From NCBI GenBank assembly GCA_031424395.1, contig JANPHJ010000096.1:969-64968 (forward strand): DNA of 64,000 nt, read 5' to 3'. Position 1 is the first letter of the stretch; each line of letters starts with the position of its first letter. Source of the DNA: Chthoniobacter sp. GTDB lineage: Bacteria; Verrucomicrobiota; Verrucomicrobiia; Chthoniobacterales; Chthoniobacteraceae. The notes beneath the pieces are model-generated. The model was not told the DNA's origin. It worked only from the letters and a program-made list of their open reading frames with translations, and did no database searches. Of this stretch, positions 53,424-64,000 are shown piece after piece. A program made the translations under genes and the position numbers.

Positions 53424-54386
53424 TCAGCGCGCGAGGAGGCTGAGGATGGCCTTCTGGGCGTGGAGCCGGTTTTCGGCTTGGGTAAAAATGGTGTCGGCGT
53501 GCGCTTCGAGCACTTCCTCGGTGATTTCTTTGCCGCGATACGCGGGCAGGCAGTGCATGACGAGCGCGCCGGGTTTGGCCCGCGCCACGAGCGCGGCGTC
53601 GATCTGATAACGGCCGAATTGCGCGGCGCGGTAAGCGGCTTCGTCTTCCTTGCCCATGCTCACCCAGACGTCGGTGTAGAGCACGTCCGCGCCGGTGGCG
53701 GCGGCGTCGAGGTCCTCGGTGACGATGAGCCGTCCGCCGCGCGCGTTCTCGTACACGGCCTGCGCGTCGCCATCCAGGGGCGCGGGTGTTTTCACCACGG
53801 GAAAGGCGCGGGCGATGATCTCCCGCGCGGGCTGGAAGGCGCGGGGCGCGGCGATGCGCAGCTCGAACTCCAGCTTCGACGCGGCCCACAGCCACGAGGC
53901 GGGCATGTTGCACGCGCCATCGCCGATGAAGGTGACGACCTTGCCCGCGTAGCCGCCGAGCTTTTCCTGGATGGTCTGCAAGTCGGCAATGATCTGGCAC
54001 GGGTGCTCCTCGTCGGTCAGTGCGTTGACCGTGGGGACGCCGGCGTGTTTGGCGAAGTCCTCGACCTCGCTCTGCGCGAAGGTGCGGATGACCGCGCCGT
54101 GAATCATGCGCCCGAGGACGCGCGCGGTGTCCTTGATCGGTTCGCCGCGGCCGAGCTGGATGTCACTGGCGTTGAGAAAAAGCACGTCGCCGCCGAGTTC
54201 GCGGATGCCGACCTCGAAGGAGACGCGGGTGCGCGTGGAGCTTTTGGAAAACAGCAGCGCCCAGCACTGGTGGCGCAGCGGATGCGCGGCGTGGTGCCCG
54301 CGCGTGGCTTTCAGCTCGGCGGCGAGCGCGAGGATGGCGTGCAGTTCGGCGACGGAGGCGGACTCGATGGAGAGGAAGTTTTTCAT
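53424..54386 (-). CDS. argF: ornithine carbamoyltransferase
   Basis: SKSSTRTRVSFE, DVWVSMG and HCLPA motifs. Confidence 0.9.
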   Translation of the reverse strand: MKNFLSIESASVAELHAILALAAELKATRGHHAAHPLRHQCWALLFSKSSTRTRVSFEVGIRELGGDVLFLNASDIQLGRGEPIKDTARVLGRMIHGAVIRTFAQSEVEDFAKHAGVPTVNALTDEEHPCQIIADLQTIQEKLGGYAGKVVTFIGDGACNMPASWLWAASKLEFELRIAAPRAFQPAREIIARAFPVVKTPAPLDGDAQAVYENARGGRLIVTEDLDAAATGADVLYTDVWVSMGKEDEAAYRAAQFGRYQIDAALVARAKPGALVMHCLPAYRGKEITEEVLEAHADTIFTQAENRLHAQKAILSLLAR

Positions 54387-54395
54387 GGCAGAAAA

Positions 54396-55721
54396 TCAGG
54401 CGGAAAGCTGCGTGAGCACGGTGCGGAGAAGCGCCACGCCTTCGTCGATTTCGGCGCGCGAGACATTGAGCGGCGGAAGCCAGCGCACGGCGTGGGTGCC
54501 GCTCGGCACATTGAGAAAGCCGGCGGCATGCAGCGCTTCGACGATGAAAAGCGACGGCGCCTTTCCATCGGGGAGCGCGGGGACGCGCGCGGCAAAATCC
54601 GCGACCAGTTCGAAGGCGAGCATCAGGCCGACGCCGCGCACATCGGCAATGAGGGGCGAGCCGAGCGCGCGCAATTGCGCCAGCGCATGCGCGCCGAGCG
54701 TGCGCGCATTTTCCAGCATCTCCTCGTCCTCGATCACGGACAGCACTTCATTCGCGCCCGCGCTGACGAGCGGCGTGCCGCCGAAGGTCGTGCCGTGCGA
54801 GCCGGGGCCGAGCAGATCGCAGAGCGGAATGGTCGCGCCGGTCTTCAGCGTGACGGTGCGGTCGCTCACCCAGATCGCGCCGAGCGGGAACCCGCCGGCG
54901 ATGCCCTTTGCCCAGCTCACCGCATCCGGCATCACGCTCGCGTCGCCGAGCAGCGTTTTCCACGCGCACCAGTCGCCGGTCCGGCCCAGGCCGCATTGCA
55001 CTTCGTCAAACATGAGCAACAGGCCGTGACGGTCGCAGAGTTCGCGCGCCAGTTTCAAAAAAGCCCCGCTCGCCGGATGCACGCCGCGCTCGCCCTGAAT
55101 GGGCTCCATCAGCACCCCGATCACGCCGGGATCCTGCACTGCGGCAAGCAGCGCCGGGCCGTCATTGAATGGCACATGCTGAAAGCCCGCGACCGCCGGC
55201 TCGAAACCCTTTTTCACTTTCTCCTGCCCCGTCGCCGCGATGCCCGCGAGAGTGCGGCCGTGGAAGGAGCCTTCCATGGTGATGATGCCGTGGCGGTTCG
55301 CGTCAGCGGCGATCATTTCGCCCACGCTATGCTTCGGGGCGGGCGGTGTGCCTTCGTTGCCAAACTTCCGCGCGAGCTTGTAGAGCGCCTCGTTCGCCTC
55401 CGCGCCGCTATTGCAGAAAAAAATCTTCCCCGGCGCGCCGGTCAAGCGCACGAGCCGCTCGGCAAGCAACGCCTGCGGGCGGGTGTAATACAGATTCGAC
55501 GTGTGGACGAGCGTGCCGAGCTGGTCGCGCATGGCCGCGAGCACGCGGGGATGGCAGTGCCCGATGGAAGTCACGGCGATGCCCGCGCCGAAATCCAGGT
55601 AGCGTTTTCCGTCCTCATCCCAGACCTCGCTGCCGAGCCCGCGGGCAAAGCGCAGGTCAAAGCGCCCGTAGGTCGGGATGACGTAGCGGTCGTAGAGTTC
55701 GCGGGTCGTCGGGGTGCTCAT
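54396..55721 (-). CDS. argD: acetylornithine aminotransferase
   Basis: YGRF...F.RG.GS.VWD..GK.YLDF..GIAV...GH.HP, and a class-III aminotransferase PLP region (DEVQ.G.GRTG). Confidence 0.9.
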   Translation of the reverse strand: MSTPTTRELYDRYVIPTYGRFDLRFARGLGSEVWDEDGKRYLDFGAGIAVTSIGHCHPRVLAAMRDQLGTLVHTSNLYYTRPQALLAERLVRLTGAPGKIFFCNSGAEANEALYKLARKFGNEGTPPAPKHSVGEMIAADANRHGIITMEGSFHGRTLAGIAATGQEKVKKGFEPAVAGFQHVPFNDGPALLAAVQDPGVIGVLMEPIQGERGVHPASGAFLKLARELCDRHGLLLMFDEVQCGLGRTGDWCAWKTLLGDASVMPDAVSWAKGIAGGFPLGAIWVSDRTVTLKTGATIPLCDLLGPGSHGTTFGGTPLVSAGANEVLSVIEDEEMLENARTLGAHALAQLRALGSPLIADVRGVGLMLAFELVADFAARVPALPDGKAPSLFIVEALHAAGFLNVPSGTHAVRWLPPLNVSRAEIDEGVALLRTVLTQLSA

Positions 55722-55873
55722 AGGCTGGCGGAAAAGGCGGCGACTTTACGCGCGCGGCGCAGGATTGCACCGGAAAAACGCCGGGCAGAGCGACACGTTT
55801 TGCGGGCCGTGGCCGACTTGCCGCGTGACTTCCCTGCGCTCGCGTGCGACCTCTCCCGTCCCCGCATTTTTCG

Positions 55874-56539
55874 ATGAGAGAATTCCTCAATAACTATGGC
55901 CTCTGGGCCGCCTTTCTGCTGGCGCTGCTGGAGAATGATGTCGCCTTCATCGCCATCGGCGTGGTGCTCAAACTCGGCGATGACAACCCGCTCACGCCCG
56001 ACCTGAACGTCTTCACCGCGGTGCCCGCCGCGATCCTCGGCGCCATCATCCACGACAGCGGCTGGTTCGCCCTCGGCTACTTTAATTCGGCAGCCATCAA
56101 GTCGAGCCGCGTGTATCGGCGGGTCGGGCCGATGGTCGAGCGGCTCGCGGAGCGCTTCGGCCCGTGGGAGCTTTTCATCGCGCGTTTCATCTACGGCACG
56201 CGCAATCCCTCGTCAGTTTTTTGGGGCATCCAGCATCTGCCCTACGCGGAGTTCGCCGGGCTCGAGGTGCTGGCGCTGACCGTATGGGGCAGCCTGCTCG
56301 CGACAGTCGGCTATCACTCGACCGGGTGGGCGCTGAAGCTCATGGGCAAGGTCGAGCACAAAAACCACCCGCAGCTTCTGCTCATCGCCATCCTCGTAGC
56401 TTTCGTCATCGTGGCGCTGCTGCGCATTTTCAACCGGCGCGGCATCGTGAAGATTCAGCAAAAGGTCGAGGCGCGGGAGCACGCCGCCGAAGTGGCCGAG
56501 GAGCAGGCGCAGTCCACGGAGGACAGCGAGATTCGCTAG
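55874..56539 (+). CDS. DedA-family membrane protein
   Basis: LLALLENDV, ARFIYGTRNPSSVFWG and multiple TM segments. Start at MREFLNNYG. Confidence 0.65.
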   Translation: MREFLNNYGLWAAFLLALLENDVAFIAIGVVLKLGDDNPLTPDLNVFTAVPAAILGAIIHDSGWFALGYFNSAAIKSSRVYRRVGPMVERLAERFGPWELFIARFIYGTRNPSSVFWGIQHLPYAEFAGLEVLALTVWGSLLATVGYHSTGWALKLMGKVEHKNHPQLLLIAILVAFVIVALLRIFNRRGIVKIQQKVEAREHAAEVAEEQAQSTEDSEIR

Positions 56540-57939
56540 AAATTCTCCGCCAGCTCCACCAACGTGCGCACGCCAAAGCCCGTCGCGCCGCGCGCGAGGT
56601 CCGCGCGATCCTTTTCGCGCTGCGCCATGTAGGCAATGTCGAGATGTGCCCATGGTGTGTCCTCGGCGAAGACTTTCAGGAACGCCGCGCCGGTGCAGGC
56701 GCCGCCCAGTCTTCCGCCGCTGTTTTTGATCAAAGCCACGTCGCTCTTGATCTGATCCTCGAACTCCGTGAACAGCGGCATCGGCCAGATGCGCTCGCCC
56801 GCCTGCCCCGCCGCGGCGCGCACGCTTTGGCCAAAGGCCTCGTCGTTGCTCCAAAAGCCCGCCGCGTAGTCGCCGAGCGCCACGCCGCACGCGCCGGTCA
56901 GCGTGGCGAGGTCGATGATTGCCGCGGCCTTCATGTCGAGCCGGGCGTAGGCGATGGCGTCGGCCAGCACCACGCGGCCCTCGGCATCGGTGTTGATGAT
57001 CTCGATGTGCTTGCCGTCGTAAGTCGTGATGATGTCGCCGGGGCGGTAGGCGTTGCCGCTCGGCATATTCTCCGCGCTGGCGATGATGCCGACGACGTTG
57101 CGTTTCAGCTTCAGTTCGGCGATCGCCGCCATCGCGCCGAGCACGGCCATGCCGCCGCATTTGTCAAAAATCATTTCCTCCATGTTCGCCGCCGGCTTGA
57201 TGGAAATGCCGCCGGTGTCGAAGGTGATGGCCTTACCCACGAGCGCCAGCGGTGCCTGGTTTTTCGGTCCGCCGCGATGCTCGATGACGATGAGCCGCGG
57301 CGGCCGCGCGCTCCCCTGCCCCACGGCCAGCAGCCCGCCAAACTTGCCCGCGCGCAGCTTCTTTTCGTCGAAAACCGTGACCTTGAGCTTGAAGTCGCGC
57401 CCGAGCTTCACGGCGCGCGCGGCGAGCGTTTCGGGATAGAGCAGATTCGCCGGCTGATTGGCGACATCGCGCGCGAAGTTCGCCGCCTCGGCGATGATTT
57501 CCCCGCGCGCGCCCGCCGCTTTGGCCGCGGCCAGATCCTCCGCAAGCACCTGCACGCGCACGCTCTCCAGCTCGGCGGTCTTCTGCGCTTTGAAAGTCTC
57601 GAAACGGTAGTCCGCGAGCACCAGTCCCTCGACGACCGCGCCGGCAAACTGCGGCCAGTCGGCGAGCAGGACGACCGCGCGGGAGCGCCCGATTTTTTTC
57701 AGAAACGTCGCCGCCGCACCGGCCGCGGAGCGCAGCGCGTGGGCGTCGATTTTCGCGCGCTCGCCGAGGCCGACGCAGAGCGTGCCGTCGTGCCGCGCGT
57801 AGAGCAGCGCGTTCGCCTTGCCGGAAAATTCCGCCTCGCTCACCGGCGGCAGCAACTTGGCCCGCTGGTCGCGCGGCACGAAGCGGATGACCGCTGAGTC
57901 CTTGGCCGGGGCCGCTTCGGCGGCGAAGGTGATTTTCAC
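56536..57939 (-). CDS. pepA: leucyl aminopeptidase (M17)
   Basis: NTDAEGRVVLADA signature, and VGKAITFDTGGISIKP. The GTG start overlaps the serA stop (GTGA). Confidence 0.9.
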   Translation of the reverse strand: MKITFAAEAAPAKDSAVIRFVPRDQRAKLLPPVSEAEFSGKANALLYARHDGTLCVGLGERAKIDAHALRSAAGAAATFLKKIGRSRAVVLLADWPQFAGAVVEGLVLADYRFETFKAQKTAELESVRVQVLAEDLAAAKAAGARGEIIAEAANFARDVANQPANLLYPETLAARAVKLGRDFKLKVTVFDEKKLRAGKFGGLLAVGQGSARPPRLIVIEHRGGPKNQAPLALVGKAITFDTGGISIKPAANMEEMIFDKCGGMAVLGAMAAIAELKLKRNVVGIIASAENMPSGNAYRPGDIITTYDGKHIEIINTDAEGRVVLADAIAYARLDMKAAAIIDLATLTGACGVALGDYAAGFWSNDEAFGQSVRAAAGQAGERIWPMPLFTEFEDQIKSDVALIKNSGGRLGGACTGAAFLKVFAEDTPWAHLDIAYMAQREKDRADLARGATGFGVRTLVELAENF

Positions 57940-59528
57940 AACTGCACGACCTGCGCGGATTTGATGTCGCCCTCGGCCAGCAGTTCCTTGATCAGCGCGG
58001 CGTCCGGCGCGGAGTCGAGATTCAGCACGGTGAGCGCACTGCCGCCGGCTTCATTGCGGCTGAGCGACATGCTAGCGATGTTCACGCCGTGCCGGCCCAT
58101 GAGCGTGCCGACGTGGCCGACGATGCCGGGGCGGTCGCGGTTTTCGAGGATGAAGATCGCGCCCTCCGGCTTCGCTTCAACGTGCTGGCCGTTGATTTTC
58201 ACGATGCGCGGCGTGCTGCCAAAGAACGTGCCGGCCACGGACACCCAGCCGCTTTCGCCCGTGGCGGTGAGTTCGATGAGTTCCGCAAAATCGCCGACGC
58301 TGCTTTCGCGCGACTCGGTGATGCGGAGGCCGATGGTTTCGGCGAAGGCCGGGGCGTTGACGACATTAACGTCGCCGCCGCCGGCCGCGCGGAGGAAGCC
58401 GGTAAGCACCGCGCGGGTGATCGGCGTGGTGTCGGACTCGTTGATCTTGCCGCTGAAGTTGATGTTCAGGCTGTCGCTGCGTTTGGCGGCGATCTGCGAG
58501 AGGAAAAGGCCGAGCTTTTCGCCGAGCGCGAGGTGCGGACCGACGGCGGCGAGGGTCTTCGCGTCGATGCTCGGCATGTTCACGGCGTTGCGGATTTCGC
58601 CTTGCAGCAGCGCGGCGCGGATCTGCTCCGCGACTTCGATGCCCACGCCTTCCTGCGCCTCCGCCGTGGAGGCGCCGAGGTGGGGCGTGAGGATGAGATT
58701 CGGCAGCCCGCGCAGCGGCGAGTCCGCGGGCAGCGGCTCGGTTTCAAAAACATCCAGCGCCGCCGCCGCGACCTGCCCGGACTTGAGCGCCACGACCAGC
58801 GCCGCTTCATCAATCAGACCACCGCGCGCGCAGTTCACGATGCGCACGCCCTTCTTCGTCTTCGCGAGGCGCCCGGCGTTGAGCATGTACTTCGTCTCCG
58901 CCGTGAGCGGCATGTGCATGGTGATGAAATCCGCCTCGGGAATGATCGCATCCAGCGTCTCGATCAGCTCGACCTGCAATGACCGCGCGCGGCTCGCCGA
59001 GAGATACGGATCGTAGGCCAGCACGCGCATGCCAAAGGCGATGGCGCGGCGCGCGATCTCCGTGCCGATGCGGCCCATGCCGAGGATGGCGAGCGTCTTG
59101 TTGTACAGCTCCACGCCGACAAAAGTTTTGCGATCCCACTTGCCGCTTTTCACCGAGGCATCGGCCTGCGGGATGTTCCGCGCCGTGGAGACCATGAGCG
59201 AAAAGGCGTGCTCGGCGGTCGAGATGGTGTTCCCGCCCGGCGTGTTCATCACGATGATGCCGCGCTTCGTCGCTGCATCCACGTCCACATTGTCCACCCC
59301 CACGCCCGCGCGTCCGATGACCTTCAGATTCGTCGCCGCCTCGATGACTTTCGCCGTCGCCTTGGTCTCGCTGCGCACGACGAGGCCGTGGAATTCGCCG
59401 ATGATGGCGAGCAGTTCGTCGGGCTTCAGGCCGAGCTTCACGGTCACGTCGAGCAGGCCGCCGTTGCTCAGTTCATCAATGCCCCGCTGGGCGATGGGAT
59501 CGGCGACAAGGACTTTGGGTTTGGTCAT
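57936..59528 (-). CDS. serA: D-3-phosphoglycerate dehydrogenase (long form with ACT domain)
   Basis: GRAGVGVDNVD, G.G.IG Rossmann motif, NCARGG.IDE, PHLGAST, and a C-terminal ASB/ACT region. Confidence 0.9.
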   Translation of the reverse strand: MTKPKVLVADPIAQRGIDELSNGGLLDVTVKLGLKPDELLAIIGEFHGLVVRSETKATAKVIEAATNLKVIGRAGVGVDNVDVDAATKRGIIVMNTPGGNTISTAEHAFSLMVSTARNIPQADASVKSGKWDRKTFVGVELYNKTLAILGMGRIGTEIARRAIAFGMRVLAYDPYLSASRARSLQVELIETLDAIIPEADFITMHMPLTAETKYMLNAGRLAKTKKGVRIVNCARGGLIDEAALVVALKSGQVAAAALDVFETEPLPADSPLRGLPNLILTPHLGASTAEAQEGVGIEVAEQIRAALLQGEIRNAVNMPSIDAKTLAAVGPHLALGEKLGLFLSQIAAKRSDSLNINFSGKINESDTTPITRAVLTGFLRAAGGGDVNVVNAPAFAETIGLRITESRESSVGDFAELIELTATGESGWVSVAGTFFGSTPRIVKINGQHVEAKPEGAIFILENRDRPGIVGHVGTLMGRHGVNIASMSLSRNEAGGSALTVLNLDSAPDAALIKELLAEGDIKSAQVVQL

Positions 59529-59674
59529 GGCGGTTGGAAAAAGAGCGGCGATTCTCGGCGGCGCATGGCAAAGCGCAAATGGAAAATGGGCACTGGCCCT
59601 GGCGGGCTGCTGGGACGGCGGGAAAGGGCGCGCTTGACATCCGCGCGGGCGCGGGCGTCTCCTCGCGGACGGAT

Positions 59675-62737
<3,063 letters not shown>

Positions 62738-62824
62738 TCGGCCCGGCCCAGGACTGCACCCCATGCCGTTCGATTTGGTTTTCGTCCTTCCTAAGAATGC
62801 GCTCCTTCCCCAATTCTCCATCGC

Positions 62825-63685
62825 ATGACCAAACTCCCCGCCCTCCTCCTCCTCGCCCTCGCCACCTGCACCGCCGTCCACGCCGCGCCGCCCATCCCGG
62901 ATACGCTGAAGCAGGGCGGCTTTGCCATCGGCTGCCAGGCCTGGACGTTCAACAAGTTCAGCGTCTTCGAGGCCATCGACAAAACGGCTGCCGCCGGCGG
63001 CAAAGTCATCGAGTTCTTCCCCGGCCAGAAACTCTCCGCGGAGCAGGCCGACGTGAAATTTGACCACAACTCGCCGCCCGAGGTGTGGGACAAAGTGAAG
63101 GCGAAGCTGAAGGAGAAAGGGATCACGCCCGTCGCCTACGGCGTGGTCGGCCTGTCGAAAAACGAGGCCGAATCGCGCAAGGTCTTCGAGTTTGCCAAGA
63201 GCTTCGGCATTCGCGTGCTCAACACGGAATCGGTCGATGCCATCGACACTTTCGAGAAGCTCGTGAAGGAGTACGACATCAAGGTCGGCTTCCACGACCA
63301 CCCCAAGCGCCCGAATGACGAGAGCTACAAAATGTGGGATCCCGCCTACATCCTCAGCGTGGTGAAAGACCGCGACCCGCGCATCGGCTCCTGCGCCGAC
63401 ACCGGCCACTGGGTGCGCAGCGGGCTGAAGCCCGTGGAGGCCATCAAAGTCCTCAAAGGCCACATCGTCAGCAGCCACCTCAAAGACCTGCACGCCCCCC
63501 TGCCCAGCGGCCACGACGTGCCCTTCGGCACCGGCGTCAGCGACGTGACCGGCATCCTCGACGAACTCAAGGCGCAGGGTTTCGACGGGCCGGTCTCCGT
63601 CGAGTACGAATACAAGCAGGAGGACAACCTCGCCGAGGTGAAGCAGTGCATCGACTTTGTCCGCGCCTACGGGACGAAAAAGTAA
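62825..63685 (+). CDS. secreted sugar phosphate isomerase/epimerase (xylose-isomerase-like TIM barrel)
   Basis: Signal peptide MTKLPALLLLALATCTAVHA. FHDHP, D.GH. and HLKD motifs. VEYE. Confidence 0.8.
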   Translation: MTKLPALLLLALATCTAVHAAPPIPDTLKQGGFAIGCQAWTFNKFSVFEAIDKTAAAGGKVIEFFPGQKLSAEQADVKFDHNSPPEVWDKVKAKLKEKGITPVAYGVVGLSKNEAESRKVFEFAKSFGIRVLNTESVDAIDTFEKLVKEYDIKVGFHDHPKRPNDESYKMWDPAYILSVVKDRDPRIGSCADTGHWVRSGLKPVEAIKVLKGHIVSSHLKDLHAPLPSGHDVPFGTGVSDVTGILDELKAQGFDGPVSVEYEYKQEDNLAEVKQCIDFVRAYGTKK

Positions 63686-63703
63686 ACGTCTCGAGCTTTC
63701 AGA

Positions 63704-63740
63704 AAACGGCGGACGTCGCGAGGCGTCCGCCGTTTTTTTT
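63704..63740 (+). terminator. rho-independent terminator
   Basis: AACGGCGGACG-TCGCGAGG-CGTCCGCCGTT followed by TTTTTTT, 19 nt after the stop. Confidence 0.8.
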
Positions 63741-63750
63741 GCCGGCGGGG

Positions 63751-63887
63751 CTTAGTCACATGAGTCCCATACGACCTATGCGTCTTAGAGGCTGTACCGA
63801 AAGTCCGAAAAACCCCGGGGAGCACGGGGGAAAAACAACCATGAAAAACCCCGTGCTCCCCGTGGCAAAAACACTTCGGTCATACGC
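63751..63887. repeat. hairpin repeat element K (CATNNGNCC 9-nt units + GGGGAGCACGGGG inverted repeat)
   Basis: CCGGGGAGCACGGGGG ... CCCCGTGCTCCCCGTGG, flanked by ACCGAAAGT/ACTTCGGT. Upstream lie CACATGAGTCC, CATACGACC and TATGCGTCT units. Confidence 0.6.
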
Positions 63888-64000
63888 TTACCGCGCGCCC
63901 GCGTCTTCCTCCGGCAGCGGCAGCCCTTTGGTCTCCGGCGCAAAGAACACCGTGACCAACCCCACGAGGAAAATCGCGCACATCGCCATCGCCGAGTAGC
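63888..64000 (-). CDS. C-terminal fragment of an MFS-type transporter (partial; continues beyond the window)
   Basis: My own translation of the reverse strand gives ...YSAMAMCAIFLVGLVTVFFAPETKGLPLPEEDAGAR*. This is a last TM segment plus the PETKG motif typical of sugar-porter MFS proteins. It is too short to appear in the ORF track. Confidence 0.4.
   Translation of the reverse strand, partial: YSAMAMCAIFLVGLVTVFFAPETKGLPLPEEDAGAR

Overview
A 64-kb, visibly GC-rich (strong GC3 bias) chromosomal segment. Its gene content points to a PVC-superphylum bacterium, most likely Verrucomicrobiota (Opitutales-like): a PVC-type CxxCH heme-binding protein, a PEP-CTERM protein with autotransporter-associated beta-strand repeats, DUF1080, and many LamG/ConA-like secreted proteins. 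I found no integrase, transposase, reverse transcriptase, CRISPR array, rRNA or tRNA gene.

Layout:
- nt 1-24,200 is a secreted-glycan/accessory block. It holds a GH128-type + LamG giant protein, fructokinase, a GH5 multidomain protein split by an in-frame TGA, GH32, an APC permease, two tandem secreted paralogues of unknown function, a PEP-CTERM giant protein and two beta-lactamase-fold hydrolases.
- nt 24,200-41,100 is housekeeping: trpA, queE-queD, dgkA, hemW, yjcH-actP, queG-aroK, purE-purK-tsaC-murJ, infA, fabG, sixA-pgl.
- nt 41,200-52,600 is an 11-kb translationally coupled operon: MoxR, DUF58, VWA, a giant coiled-coil protein, a second VWA-like membrane protein and a caspase/legumain-fold protein.
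- nt 52,700-64,000 is housekeeping again (argD-argF, pepA, serA), plus an FHA-Ser/Thr kinase-TPR-LRR membrane protein.

The most unusual signal is not a gene. It is a family of at least 9 hairpin elements whose arms are 2-4 tandem copies of a 7-9-nt unit, with a different unit sequence in each copy. They fill short intergenic spacers, and in one clear case (queG) and one possible case they sit in frame inside coding sequence. Two larger (~190 bp) MITE-like inverted repeats share a GGGCGGAGGCGGCAGG core.

All functional calls come from motif and family recognition by eye. No database search was run.
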